Part shown: positions 1 to 10,139 of the stretch, piece after piece
How positions within the stretch are numbered: the stretch's first letter is position 1
How the letters are laid out: every line of letters starts with the position of its first letter
Virus record (IMG/VR): IMGVR_UViG_3300042561_002102
From: a virus
Lineage: Duplodnaviria > Caudoviricetes
Reading direction: 5' to 3' (one strand)
DNA: 64,000 bases
Position numbers and translations under genes: made by a program
The notes under the pieces: model-generated
Told to the model about the DNA's origin: nothing
Database searches by the model: none
What the model saw: the letters and a program-made list of their open reading frames with translations, nothing else

Positions 1-616
1 TTAAATATATCCATCAACAGACCAAAGGGCATCTATTCTCTCTAGTTCATCTTGGATTAGAATTTTGGTAAGCTCATCTTGTTTTTTTCTTAAAGGTGGT
101 GTGTTCCAGGGTCTACTTACATAATATAAGAAGTAGGAGTTTTTGTTTATTTGTTTTTTGATAACTTCAGGCGTGAAAAAGTGATGTGTAAGTATTAGTT
201 CAGCTTCTCCTGGTTTTTCTTTTTTTTTTTTTAAGTCTACTGGTAAATCCTCGAAGAGAGTATTCATTACGGGAATTATTGAACCAAAACATTCCATCTA
301 CCTTATCGGGTGCGCCTTCTAGAGATACGAGGTGATTATGATCACAACTAAAATACCAACCTACCTCTCTTGGAGATCCATCGAGTGTTCCCAGATTGTT
401 TCCTGAACAATCAAACCATCCACTCACCTTTCCAAACCCGATACCCAAGAAATCTTCAAGTCCTTCACCACCACAAAGAAAAAATCACTCGACATCAACA
501 AGTCCTTCACTATTCACCGACCAACTTCCATCAGTATAGTTATCTAAAAACTTTCTCTGCTCATCCGTTAAACCATCACGACTCTCAAATAACTTGTAAT
601 CTCTAAGATATCTCAT
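1..616 (-). pseudogene. Divergent LRR-array paralogue A0, disrupted
   Basis: Starts MRYLRDYKLFES at 616. Has an in-frame TGA at 485-487 where paralogues have GGA, and an A13 tract (230-242) that shifts the frame; A12 would restore it. Ends DALWSVDGYI-stop at 1-3. Confidence 0.8.
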
Positions 617-627
617 AACACTATATA

Positions 628-1299
628 TTAAAGATATCCACCAATAGACCACAAATCGTCTATCTTTACAAGTATATTCTCGGGTAATATCTTTTTTAGC
701 TCTTCTTGTTTCTTCTTGAACTCTTCCGTATTCCAAACAAGACTTACGTAATACGGGAAATCAGGATTTTTAGTTATTTGTTCTTTTATAACTTCAGGTG
801 TAAAGAAATGATGGGTAAGAAGTAGTGATATTTCTTCTGGTTTGATATGGTCTATCTCGTCCAGGAAGGATTGTAAGTTATAGCTGAACAAGGTATTCTT
901 GAAGTAGAATTCATACTTTATCACTTCAGGAGCTCCCTTTAGGGATATCAAGGGATTTCTTTCACACCAAAAACTCCCACGAACCACTCTAGGTGATCCT
1001 TCAAGAGTTCTCAGTTGGTTACCATGACACAAAAAACCTTCACCAACCTCTCTAGGTGATCCCTCAAGAGTTCTCAGTTGATTATCAAAACACCAAAAAT
1101 CACCACTCACCTTTCCAAACCTGATACCTAAGAAATCTTCAAGTCCTTGACTATAACAATAAAAACTTCCCCTAACATCAACAAGTCCTTCTCTATTCAC
1201 CGACCAACTTCCATAAGTATAGTTATCTAAAAACTTACTCTGCTCATCCGTTAAACCATCACGACTCTCAAATAACTTGTAATCTCTAAGATATCTCAT
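628..1299 (-). CDS. LRR-array paralogue A1 (223 aa)
   Basis: MRYLRDYKLFES start after TAATATATA; 21-aa VxGxFxCxxNQLRTLEGSP repeats; constant C-terminus DDLWSIGGYL. Confidence 0.92.
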   Translation of the reverse strand: MRYLRDYKLFESRDGLTDEQSKFLDNYTYGSWSVNREGLVDVRGSFYCYSQGLEDFLGIRFGKVSGDFWCFDNQLRTLEGSPREVGEGFLCHGNQLRTLEGSPRVVRGSFWCERNPLISLKGAPEVIKYEFYFKNTLFSYNLQSFLDEIDHIKPEEISLLLTHHFFTPEVIKEQITKNPDFPYYVSLVWNTEEFKKKQEELKKILPENILVKIDDLWSIGGYL

Positions 1300-1315
1300 A
1301 ACACTATATATTATA

Positions 1316-1987
1316 TTAAAGGTATCCACCAATAGACCATAAATCGTCTATCTTTACAAGTATATTCTCGGGTAAAATCTTTTTTAGCTCTTCTTGTGTT
1401 TTTTTGAACCCTTCAGTATTCCAGGCAAGACTTACGTAATACGGAAAATCAGGATTTTTAGTTATTTGTTTTTTTATGATCCCAGGTGTGAAGAAATGAT
1501 GTGTGAGAAGTAGTGATATTTCATCAGGTTCGATATGGTCTATTTTTTCAAGGAAGGATTGTAAGTTATATTCGAACCAGGTTTCCTTGAAACGGAATTG
1601 ACCCTTTATCACTTCAGGTGCTCCCTGTAGAGATATCAGGGGATTTCCATCACAAGAAAAATCTCCACCAACCTTCCTCGGTGCCCCTTCAAGAGTTTTT
1701 AGTTGATTACCATCACAATCAAAATTTCCAACAACCTCACGAGGTGATCCCTCAAGAGTTCTCAGTTGATTCCAATAACACCAAAAATAACCACTCACCC
1801 GTCCAAACCTAATACCCAAGAAATCTTCAAGTCCTTGATTTTCACACCAAAAACTTCCCTCGACATCAACAAGTCCTTCACTATTCACTGACCAACTTCC
1901 ATCAGTATATTTATCTAAAAACTTCCTCTGCTCATCCGTTAAACCATCACGACTTTCAAACAATCTATAATCTCTAAGATATCTCAT
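1316..1987 (-). CDS. LRR-array paralogue A2 (223 aa)
   Basis: Same architecture; start trimmed to the MRYLRD ATG. Confidence 0.92.
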   Translation of the reverse strand: MRYLRDYRLFESRDGLTDEQRKFLDKYTDGSWSVNSEGLVDVEGSFWCENQGLEDFLGIRFGRVSGYFWCYWNQLRTLEGSPREVVGNFDCDGNQLKTLEGAPRKVGGDFSCDGNPLISLQGAPEVIKGQFRFKETWFEYNLQSFLEKIDHIEPDEISLLLTHHFFTPGIIKKQITKNPDFPYYVSLAWNTEGFKKTQEELKKILPENILVKIDDLWSIGGYL

Positions 1988-1998
1988 AACACTATATA

Positions 1999-2670
1999 TT
2001 AAAGGTATCCACCAATAGACCATAAGTCGTCTATCTTCAGGAGTATATTCTCGGGTAATGTCTTTTTCAGTTCCTCTTGTGTTTTTTTGAAGCCTTCGGT
2101 ATTCCAAGCAAGACTTACGTAATACGGGAAATCAGGATTTTTAGTTATTTGTTTTTTTATGACTTCAGGTGTAAAGAAACGATGGGTAAGTAGTAGTGAT
2201 ATTTCTTCCGGTTTGATATGGTCTATCTTGTTTAGGAATGATTGTAAGTTATAGCTGGACTCGGTATTCTTGAAACAGAACGAATCTTTTATCACTTCAG
2301 GTGCACCCTCTAGAGATATCAGGGGATTTCCAGAACACCAAAAACCTCCACCAACCTTTCTAGGTGATCCTTCAAGAGTCCTTAGTTGGTTATCGCAACA
2401 CCAAAAATTTCCACCGACTACCCTAGGTGATCCTTCAAGAGTTCTCAGTTGGTTTCTACGACAAAAAAAATAACCAGTAACCTTTCCAAACCTGATACCC
2501 AAGAAGTCACCAAGTTCTTGATCTTCACACCAAAAACTTCCCCTAACATTAACAAGTCCTTCACTATTCACCGACCAAGTTCCAATAGTATTCTTATCTA
2601 AAAACTTCCTCTGCTCGTTAGTTAGACTATTCATGTTCTCAAATAACTTGTAATCTCTTAGATATCTCAT
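1999..2670 (-). CDS. LRR-array paralogue A3 (223 aa)
   Basis: Same architecture. Confidence 0.92.
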   Translation of the reverse strand: MRYLRDYKLFENMNSLTNEQRKFLDKNTIGTWSVNSEGLVNVRGSFWCEDQELGDFLGIRFGKVTGYFFCRRNQLRTLEGSPRVVGGNFWCCDNQLRTLEGSPRKVGGGFWCSGNPLISLEGAPEVIKDSFCFKNTESSYNLQSFLNKIDHIKPEEISLLLTHRFFTPEVIKKQITKNPDFPYYVSLAWNTEGFKKTQEELKKTLPENILLKIDDLWSIGGYL

Positions 2671-2680
2671 ACTCTATATA

Positions 2681-3352
2681 TTAAAGATATCCACCAATAG
2701 ACCACAAATCGTCTATCTTCACGAGTATATTCTCGGGTAAGATCTTTTTTAGTTCATCTTGTTTCTTCTTGAACGGTTCAGTATTCCAAGCGAGACTTAC
2801 GTAGTATGGAAAATCAGGATTTTTACTGATTTGTTTTTTTATAACCTCGGGTGTAAAGAAATGATGGGTAAGTAGGAGTGATATTACATCCGGTTCGGAG
2901 TCGTCTATATTTCCAAGGAATGATCGTAAGTTATAGCTGAACCAGGTATTCTTGAATTGGAACTCACAATTTATCACTTCAGGTGCTCCCTCTAGAGATA
3001 TCAGAGGATTTGCAGAACAACAAAAATCTTCACCAACCTTTCTGGGTGATCCTTCAAGAGTTCTCAGTTGGTTATCGAAACAACTAAAATCTATACCAAC
3101 CTCTCTAGGTGATCCTTCAAGCGTTCTCAGTTGGTTACCATTACAAAAAAAACCCAACCTCACCTTTCCAAACCTAATACCTAAGAAATCTTCAAGTTCT
3201 TGACCTTGACACCAAAAACTTCCGTCGACATCAACAAGTCCTTCACTATTCACCGACCACCTTCCATGAGTATTCTTATCTAAAAACTTCCTCTGCTCAT
3301 CCGTTAAACCATCACGACTCTCGAATAGCTTATAATCTCTAAGATATCTCAT
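2681..3352 (-). CDS. LRR-array paralogue A4 (223 aa)
   Basis: Same architecture. Confidence 0.92.
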   Translation of the reverse strand: MRYLRDYKLFESRDGLTDEQRKFLDKNTHGRWSVNSEGLVDVDGSFWCQGQELEDFLGIRFGKVRLGFFCNGNQLRTLEGSPREVGIDFSCFDNQLRTLEGSPRKVGEDFCCSANPLISLEGAPEVINCEFQFKNTWFSYNLRSFLGNIDDSEPDVISLLLTHHFFTPEVIKKQISKNPDFPYYVSLAWNTEPFKKKQDELKKILPENILVKIDDLWSIGGYL

Positions 3353-3362
3353 ACTCTATATA

Positions 3363-4034
3363 TTAAAGATATCCACCAATAGACCACAAATCGTCTATCT
3401 TCACGAGTATATTCTCGGGTAACATCTTTTTTAGTTCTTCTTGTTTCTTCTTGAACCCTTCAGTATTCCAGGCAAGACTTACGTAGTATGGAAAGTTTGG
3501 ATTTTGGTCGATTTGTTCTTCGATAACTTGAGGTGTAAAGAAACGATGCGTAAGTAGTAGTGATATCTGATCCGGGTTGATTTGGTCTATACTGAATAGG
3601 AATGATTGTAAGTTATAGCTGAACCGGGTATTCTTGAAACAGAAGTTACTTCCTATCACTTCAGGTGCTCCCTCTAGGGATATAAGTGGATTTCCATAAC
3701 AATAAAAATCTCCACGAACCACTCTAGGTGATCCTTCAAGAGTTCTCAGTTGGTTCCCAGAACAACTAAAATCTTTACCAACCTCGATGGGTGCCCCTTC
3801 AGGAGTTCTCAGTTGATTATCAAAACACCAAAAATATCCACTCACCTTTCCAAACCTGATACCTAAGAAATCTTCAAGTCCTTGATTATTACACCAAAAA
3901 TTTCCCCTAACATCAACAAGTCCTTCACTATTCACCGACCAAGTGCCACGAGTATTCTTATCTAAAAACTTTCTCTGCTCATCCGTCAAACCATCACTAC
4001 TCTCGAATAGCTTATAATCTCTAAGATATCTCAT
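3363..4034 (-). CDS. LRR-array paralogue A5 (223 aa)
   Basis: Same architecture; start trimmed. Confidence 0.92.
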   Translation of the reverse strand: MRYLRDYKLFESSDGLTDEQRKFLDKNTRGTWSVNSEGLVDVRGNFWCNNQGLEDFLGIRFGKVSGYFWCFDNQLRTPEGAPIEVGKDFSCSGNQLRTLEGSPRVVRGDFYCYGNPLISLEGAPEVIGSNFCFKNTRFSYNLQSFLFSIDQINPDQISLLLTHRFFTPQVIEEQIDQNPNFPYYVSLAWNTEGFKKKQEELKKMLPENILVKIDDLWSIGGYL

Positions 4035-4045
4035 AACACTATATA

Positions 4046-4717
4046 TTAAAGATATCCACCGATAGACCACAAGTCGTCTATCTTCAGGAGTATATTCTCG
4101 GGTAATGTCTTTTTTAGCTCTTCTTGTGTTTTTTTAAATCCTTCGGTATTCCAGGCAAGACTTACGTAATATGGGAAATCAGGATCTTGGTCGATTTGTT
4201 CTTTTATAACTTCAGGTGTGAAGAAATGATGTGTAAGAAGGAGTGATATTTCATCTGGTTTGATTTGGTCTATCCTGTTTAGGAATGATGGTAAGTTATA
4301 TTTGAATCGGGTATTCTTGAAAAGGAAGTTACCCTCTATCACTTCAGGTGCTCCTTCTAGAGATATCAGTGGATTTTTATAACACCTAAAATCTCCACCA
4401 ACCACTCTAGGTGCTCCTTCAAGAGTTCTCAGTTGGTTACTGAAACAACTAAAATGTTCACCAACCTCCCTAGGTGATCCTTCAAGAGTTCTCAGTTGGT
4501 TACCCCAACAATAAAAACCTCCACTCACCTTTCCAAACCTAATACCTAAGAAATCTTCAAGTCCTTGTTCATGGCCCCAAAAACTTCCCTTGACATCAAC
4601 AAGTCCTTCACTATTCACCCACCACTTTCCACAAGCAATCCTATCTAAAAACTTACTTTGCTCATCCGTTAAACCATCATTACTCTCGAATAGCTTATAA
4701 TCTCTTAGATATCTCAT
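4046..4717 (-). CDS. LRR-array paralogue A6 (223 aa)
   Basis: Same architecture. Confidence 0.92.
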   Translation of the reverse strand: MRYLRDYKLFESNDGLTDEQSKFLDRIACGKWWVNSEGLVDVKGSFWGHEQGLEDFLGIRFGKVSGGFYCWGNQLRTLEGSPREVGEHFSCFSNQLRTLEGAPRVVGGDFRCYKNPLISLEGAPEVIEGNFLFKNTRFKYNLPSFLNRIDQIKPDEISLLLTHHFFTPEVIKEQIDQDPDFPYYVSLAWNTEGFKKTQEELKKTLPENILLKIDDLWSIGGYL

Positions 4718-4727
4718 ACTCTATATA

Positions 4728-5399
4728 TTAAAGATATCCACCGATAGACCACAAGTCGTCTATCTTCAGGAGTATATTCTCGGGTAATATCTTTTTTAGT
4801 TCATCTTGTGTTTTTTTAAATCCTTCGGTATTCCAGGCAAGACTTATGTAATATGGGAAATCAGGATTTTTAGTTATTTGTTCCTTAATAACCTCGGGTG
4901 TAAAGAAATGATGAGTAAGAAGGAGTGTTATTACATCTGGTTTTACATGGGCTATCCTGTTTAGGAATGATTGTAAGTTATATCTGAAAACGGTTCTCTT
5001 GAACAAGAATTGACCCTCTATCACTTCAGGTGCTCCCTCTAGAGATATCAAGGGATTTCCATGACAATGAAAATCTCCATCAACCTTTCTAGGTGCCCCT
5101 TCAAGAGTTCTCAGTTGATTAGCCCAACAATAAAAACCTTCACCAACCTCCACGGGTGATCCTTCAAGAGTTCTCAGTTGGTTACTACGACAACTAAAAT
5201 CTCCACTCACCTTTCCAAACCTAATACCCGAGAAATCTTCAAGTCCTTGACTATGACAATAAAAATCTCCCTCGACATCAACAAGTCCTTCACTATTCAC
5301 CGACCAAGTTCCACGAGTATACTCATCTAAGAACTTCCTCTGCTCATCCGTCAAACCATCACGACTCTCGAATAACTTATAATCTCTAAGATATCTCAT
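4728..5399 (-). CDS. LRR-array paralogue A7 (223 aa)
   Basis: Same architecture; start trimmed. Confidence 0.92.
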   Translation of the reverse strand: MRYLRDYKLFESRDGLTDEQRKFLDEYTRGTWSVNSEGLVDVEGDFYCHSQGLEDFSGIRFGKVSGDFSCRSNQLRTLEGSPVEVGEGFYCWANQLRTLEGAPRKVDGDFHCHGNPLISLEGAPEVIEGQFLFKRTVFRYNLQSFLNRIAHVKPDVITLLLTHHFFTPEVIKEQITKNPDFPYYISLAWNTEGFKKTQDELKKILPENILLKIDDLWSIGGYL

Positions 5400-5410
5400 A
5401 ACACTATATA

Positions 5411-6082
5411 TTAAAGATATCCACCAATAGACCATAAGTCGTCTATCTTCAGGAGTATATTCTCAGGTAATATCTTTTTTAGTTCATCTTGTTTCTTCTT
5501 GAACGGTTCTGTATTCCAAACAAGACTTACGTAGTATGGAAAGTTCGGATTTTTAGTTATTTGTTCTTCGATAACTTTAGGTGTAAAGAAATGATGGGTA
5601 AGAAGTAGTGATATTTCATCTGGGTTGATTTGGTCTATTTTTCTAAGGAATGATTGTAAGTCATAGTCGAAAAAGGTATCGTTGAAACAAAAGTCATTCT
5701 TTATCACATCAGGAGCTCCCTCTAGGGATATCAGGGGATTTAGATAACAATAAAAACTTCCATCAACCTCTGTAGGTGATCCTTCAAGAGTTCTTAGTTG
5801 GTTACCATGACACAAAAAATCTCCACCAACCTCGCTGGGTGCCCCTTCAAGAATCCTTAGTTGGTTACTAGAACAATTAAAACTTCCTCTCACCTTTCCA
5901 AACCTGATACCCAAGAAATCTTCAAGTCCTTGATCTTCACAAAGAAAACTTTCCTTGACATCAACAAGTCCTTCATTATTCACCGACCAAGTTCCATAAG
6001 TATTCCTATCTAAAAACTTCCTCTGCTCATCCGTTAAACCATCACGACTCTCAAATAACCTATAACCCTGGATATACTTCAT
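5411..6082 (-). CDS. LRR-array paralogue A8 (223 aa)
   Basis: Same architecture; starts MKYIQGY. Confidence 0.92.
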   Translation of the reverse strand: MKYIQGYRLFESRDGLTDEQRKFLDRNTYGTWSVNNEGLVDVKESFLCEDQGLEDFLGIRFGKVRGSFNCSSNQLRILEGAPSEVGGDFLCHGNQLRTLEGSPTEVDGSFYCYLNPLISLEGAPDVIKNDFCFNDTFFDYDLQSFLRKIDQINPDEISLLLTHHFFTPKVIEEQITKNPNFPYYVSLVWNTEPFKKKQDELKKILPENILLKIDDLWSIGGYL

Positions 6083-6093
6083 AACACTATATA

Positions 6094-6765
6094 TTAAAGA
6101 TATCCACCAATAGACCACAAATCATCTATCTTCAGGAGTATATTCTCGGGTAAGATCTTTTTTAGATCCTCTTGTTTCTTCTTGAACGGTTCTGTATTCC
6201 AAACAAGACTTACGTAATATGGGAAATCAGTATTTTGAGTTATTTGTTCCCGAATAACCTCGGGTGTAAAGAAATGATGGGTAAGTAGGAGTGATATTAA
6301 TTCTGGTTTCATACGGTCTATCTCGTTTAGGAATGATTGTAAGTTATATCTGAAATAGGTTTTCTTGAAACTGAATTGACCCTCTATCACTTCAGGTGCT
6401 CCCTCTAGAGATATAAGTGGATTTTCATAACAATAAAAACTTCCACCAACCACTCTAGGTGATCCTTCAAGAGTTCTCAGTTGGTTACCCCAACACCCAA
6501 AATCTCCACCAACCTAGCTGGGTGCCCCATCAAGAGTTCTTAGTTGGTTACTACTACAATAAAAACTTCCGCTCACCTTTCCAAACCTGATACCTAAGAA
6601 ATCTTCAAGTCCTTGACCTTGACAATAAAAACCTCCCTTGATATCAACAAGTCCTTCACTATTCACCGACCAAATTCCACTAATACACTTAGCTAAAAAC
6701 TTCCTCTGCTCATCCGTTAAACCATCACGACTCTCGAATAGCTTATACTTTCTAATATACTTCAT
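6094..6765 (-). pseudogene. LRR-array paralogue A9 with internal nonsense codon
   Basis: Full-length 672-bp frame with an in-frame TAG at 6514-6516 where paralogues have GAG (APS-E-V). Confidence 0.85.
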
Positions 6766-6866
6766 ACTACTATATATTAAAGATATCCACCGATAAACTA
6801 CCCTTCATCTACTCCCTCTAGATCCTCTTGAGATAGGATTCTACGAAGCTCATTTTTTTGAAGGTG

Positions 6867-6988
6867 AGATACATTTAGGTTTTCTTTTTTAATATATACA
6901 CTAAAATAATAAACGAAGATGAAAGATAAAAGACACATAAAAAGTTTTAATGAAGCAACAGAAAACTTGAACATATCTGGTCTTAGTG
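6867..6988 (+). repeat. Degenerate leader-type attC-like element (left core lost)
   Basis: AGATACATTT..AACATATCTG arms; homologous to 10140-10273 and 12582-12716; contains TAATATATA and the ATG of the 6919 ORF. Confidence 0.6.
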
Positions 6989-7173
6989 ATAGTAGTTTTA
7001 ATTTTAATGATGAAAAGTTAAGAACTATGATGAAAGATTTAGTTGATTATACAAGAGGTAAGATCAGAGAGGTTCCAAAAGATACAGAGTCGAAAAAATT
7101 CGTTGATAATTTCATCAAAGAATATGAAGACTGGTATAAATTAAGTGATGAAGAACAGAGGTCTGCTATTTAA
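6919..7173 (+). CDS. Hypothetical protein with shared MKxxxHIKSFNE..ENLNIS leader
   Basis: ORF; first ~21 aa homologous to the ORFs at 10204 and 12647, remainder unrelated. Confidence 0.75.
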   Translation: MKDKRHIKSFNEATENLNISGLSDSSFNFNDEKLRTMMKDLVDYTRGKIREVPKDTESKKFVDNFIKEYEDWYKLSDEEQRSAI

Positions 7174-7186
7174 TTAAAACTATTAT

Positions 7187-7321
7187 CACTAACTCGTTTA
7201 CCTGTCCAGTTTTCCTTCACCTATAGAACACAACCATGATGTATTTGTGCCTTTAAGATTTGGAAATCTGAAAATTATTTTGTATATTTGTAAAAAAACT
7301 TACCCATACACCTTGTTATAA
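7187..7321 (+). repeat. Promoter-type cassette boundary element (CACTAAC...GTTATAA)
   Basis: Homologous to 8967-9080 and 12467-12579; carries TTTG (7259) and TATATTTG (7283-7290), matching the Bacteroidota sigma70 -33/-7 consensus. Confidence 0.65.
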
Positions 7322-7334
7322 AACGGTTTTTATT

Positions 7335-7535
7335 ATGAAAAATTCAGAAAATCAAAAAGATTTAGTAAAGGCATGGACCAAGATGGAATTAAATTCTTCT
7401 TACGGATTCCCACCAGTTCCAATCATACCAATGGAATATGATGAAAATAAAGCACTTCAAATTACCGAAGAAGGTAAGAAGAATTTAATGGTGATGCAGG
7501 AAGCGTTGAAAAATGTTCAAACTGAGAACGGGTAA
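7335..7535 (+). CDS. Hypothetical protein
   Basis: ORF beginning 14 nt after GTTATAA. Confidence 0.6.
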   Translation: MKNSENQKDLVKAWTKMELNSSYGFPPVPIIPMEYDENKALQITEEGKKNLMVMQEALKNVQTENG

Positions 7536-7586
7536 AAAGAAAATAAAAATTTTAGAGAGGCAATTAATAAATTTAAACATTAAACT

Positions 7587-8009
7587 ATGTTAGTAAAATT
7601 AAATATTATTCAAGAAACAGAGAAAGCATATAAACTAGAAGGTAATGGTTGGATACCAAAATCTGTATTAGACAACAGAGGACTAAAACATCCTTACTAT
7701 CAAATTAAAGGATGGTGGCTTCAAAATTTAGTTGGGAAACTACATGATAACGAAGCAACTATACAAGAAAAAGAAACTCTAACAAGTTTGAGTAAATGTA
7801 GGATCAAATTAACAGACTTATCAAAAGATGATTTGAATTTTTGGCAAAAATATTGGGATGATGCTTATAATTCATTACCGCCATCGAGAAGTGAAAGGGC
7901 AACACCAAAACACAAATCAAAAAAGAATAATAATCTTGAACATTGGAATGATATAGGTGCTATGAATGATTTATCTTTTCAAGATTTGTATGGAGATTTT
8001 GGTTATTAA
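7587..8009 (+). CDS. Hypothetical protein
   Basis: 140-aa ORF. Confidence 0.7.
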   Translation: MLVKLNIIQETEKAYKLEGNGWIPKSVLDNRGLKHPYYQIKGWWLQNLVGKLHDNEATIQEKETLTSLSKCRIKLTDLSKDDLNFWQKYWDDAYNSLPPSRSERATPKHKSKKNNNLEHWNDIGAMNDLSFQDLYGDFGY

Positions 8010-8068
8010 ATAATTAGTAGAAACCTTAAGAGGTATTTCACATATATCTTGTTATAAAACGTTATTTT

Positions 8069-8245
8069 ATGAAAAAGATTAATAAGAAATACCCAGTTAA
8101 TCATAAAGATGTGTTATTGAGTGGAATTAACACACTTACAAACGAAAATATAAAAGTTATTGGTTATAGGATAAAGGGGGAAAACAGGTTTATAACTTCA
8201 CCAAAAGGATGGTGTGTTAATTTCACACATTATGAAGAACTATAA
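8069..8245 (+). CDS. Hypothetical protein (58 aa, not in ORF track)
   Basis: MKKINKKYPV...HYEEL; bounded by GTTATAAAACG (8051) and TATAAC (8251). Confidence 0.55.
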   Translation: MKKINKKYPVNHKDVLLSGINTLTNENIKVIGYRIKGENRFITSPKGWCVNFTHYEEL

Positions 8246-8250
8246 TGTTT

Positions 8251-8303
8251 TATAACGACCGATAATAAACAATCGTTTTGGTGTTGTTTATCATTTGTTA
8301 TAA
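8251..8303 (+). repeat. Short attC-like hairpin
   Basis: TATAAC-gaccg-ataataaacaa..ttgtttatcat-tt-GTTATAA; near copy of 13190-13243. Confidence 0.75.
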
Positions 8304-8350
8304 GTATGTAAAACAAAAATTATAAAAATTAATATAAAAAACAAAAAAAT

Positions 8351-8584
8351 ATGAGTTGGAAATTAAATACAGAAGATGAAAATCCATTATGGAGACAATA
8401 TATGGATGAACTTGAAAAAATGAATCCTGAAGAACAAAGAAAATGGGAAGTTGTGAGAGAACTACCAGTTGAATTACCATTTAAGACAACAACAACTTCA
8501 AACTATTCAGAGGATGAATTTTTGGAAAAACTTAAAACAGATGAAGAATTTAACAAAAGGTGGGGGAAACTGAAAAACTCATAA
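8351..8584 (+). CDS. Hypothetical protein
   Basis: 77-aa ORF, followed by a left half-site TATAAC..ataaacaa at 8599-8620. Confidence 0.65.
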   Translation: MSWKLNTEDENPLWRQYMDELEKMNPEEQRKWEVVRELPVELPFKTTTTSNYSEDEFLEKLKTDEEFNKRWGKLKNS

Positions 8585-8630
8585 TTTTTTTTATTAGATA
8601 TAACGGTCGAGTATAAACAAATGCAAAATT

Positions 8631-8954
8631 ATGAAAGAAATTAAAGTAAGAAGTAAAGACAATAAACAGTTTATTTTGAAAAAAGATGGAACTTATGCAA
8701 AAGTCAATAATTTTAAAGTTGGTGATATTTTTAAATTCATAAAAGAGTGGAAAACAAGTGAAGGTGATGTTCAAGTTGGCGATGTTTTTATTATTGACTC
8801 AGTATGGGAAAACGATAAAAAATCACAAGGTGTTTATTGGATTAGATGTATTAATAGGAAACGTGATGGTAGAAAAGATAGGGATTGGGTTATGGGAACA
8901 TCTTTAATGGATTTCAATGATAGTTATGGTGATATTTTTATTATTAACCAATAA
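8631..8954 (+). CDS. Hypothetical protein
   Basis: 107-aa ORF. Confidence 0.7.
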   Translation: MKEIKVRSKDNKQFILKKDGTYAKVNNFKVGDIFKFIKEWKTSEGDVQVGDVFIIDSVWENDKKSQGVYWIRCINRKRDGRKDRDWVMGTSLMDFNDSYGDIFIINQ

Positions 8955-8966
8955 AATTTTTGATAT

Positions 8967-9080
8967 TGAATATATTTCGTTTATTTGTCCAGTTCCCCTT
9001 CACCCATACACCAGGAATATGATGTATTTTTGTAGGTAAGATTTGGAAATCTCGAAATTTATACTTACATTTGTAAAAAA
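8967..9080 (+). repeat. Promoter-type boundary element, degenerate left core
   Basis: tgaatatatttcgtttatt..taagatttggaaatctcgaaa..TACATTTG (9066-9073); homologous to the 7187 and 12467 copies. Confidence 0.6.
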
Positions 9081-9233
9081 TTAAAAATAAGTAAAATAAA
9101 ACTATATGGTAATTTTAATTTGGTTAGTAATGGGTGCGTCAGGTGTATTAATTTCTAACGCCATACACAGTATTTTTTGGGCTGGATTTCAATAATTTTT
9201 TATCTTTAGATATTTATATATAAACATAAAACT

Positions 9234-9476
9234 ATGAGTAAAGAAATGGGAAAATACATCGACACTTTCAAACAAAGAATTTTGAAAGAAAATGAAGAAT
9301 TTAATGAAGATGACACAACGAAATATCTTGATTGTTTGGATTCACTTAAAAAAGTTGATGATGGAATACATAGAGAGGAAGTATTTGATTGGTTTAAGGA
9401 GAATAATATAGATTTCTTTAATATGAGTGAATTACGTATGTATATTCTCTATATTGAGAGAAATGCGGTTAGGTAA
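9234..9476 (+). CDS. Hypothetical protein
   Basis: 80-aa ORF after a TATATA motif. Confidence 0.65.
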   Translation: MSKEMGKYIDTFKQRILKENEEFNEDDTTKYLDCLDSLKKVDDGIHREEVFDWFKENNIDFFNMSELRMYILYIERNAVR

Positions 9477-9514
9477 AAATATTGTGTAGATGAGGATTAT
9501 ATATCTTTATATTT

Positions 9515-10021
9515 ATGGATAAAGAGATTATGAAACAAAGAATAAAACATATTAGAAAAACCATTAGAGATTTCATTAGTGAAAATCTACAAAATGAAAA
9601 ATTAATTCAACCCATCAAAGAGTCATCGGTTATGGATAAATTAGTTGATGAGCAGCGTTACTCAGATATGAATTATAATAATATTGTTATTGATTTTTTT
9701 ACAGGTATGAGAGGAATTGATGATTTATTTGAATCCATATACGAAGGATTATATGGTGGAGTTCAACGATATAGAGTAGAACCTAATGAAGGTAATTTTG
9801 ATAAAGATTTCTTAATTAAGTTTATTAAAATAAATCAGGGTGATAATGATTTTGATTATGAACTTGGAAGGATCGGTTATAGATTTCTAACTTCGGATGA
9901 AGGGTTAAAAGAATTATCAAAATTCTACCTAGACGAATTAAAAACATACAAAGATGAATATGTCTCAAATGAAGTTATTGAAAATTGTAAGAAATCGTTA
10001 ATTAATATAATCGGCACATAA
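9515..10021 (+). CDS. Hypothetical protein
   Basis: 168-aa ORF. Confidence 0.7.
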   Translation: MDKEIMKQRIKHIRKTIRDFISENLQNEKLIQPIKESSVMDKLVDEQRYSDMNYNNIVIDFFTGMRGIDDLFESIYEGLYGGVQRYRVEPNEGNFDKDFLIKFIKINQGDNDFDYELGRIGYRFLTSDEGLKELSKFYLDELKTYKDEYVSNEVIENCKKSLINIIGT

Positions 10022-10069
10022 TTTTAATTTTTCTCAAGAAGGGTGGAAAATTTTCATTGTATATAACTT

Positions 10070-10108
10070 ATGAACTACACATCAGCTAAAGACTGATGTG
10101 TAGTTCAT
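10070..10108. mobile_element. Solo IS200/IS605-end-like palindrome (MITE/PATE-like)
   Basis: Perfect 16-bp arms ATGAACTACACATCAG/CTGATGTGTAGTTCAT. The loop reads TCTTTAG on the minus strand, the same as the tnpB left-end loop; the terminus GTGTAGTTCAT equals the tnpB right end. Confidence 0.65.
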
Positions 10109-10139
10109 TTGTAGATTTTTAAAAAAAAATTACATCCGG

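Noticed and set aside
1300-1315. Extra TATAT in the A1/A2 spacer as a special signal
   Set aside because: A simple 5-bp slippage duplication within the AT motif, seen once.
485-6516. Stop-codon reassignment explaining the in-frame TGA and TAG
   Set aside because: All long genes are intact under code 11, TAG and TGA serve as real stops (tnpB, B8, 26901 ORF), and paralogues have Gly or Glu at these sites rather than Trp or Gln.
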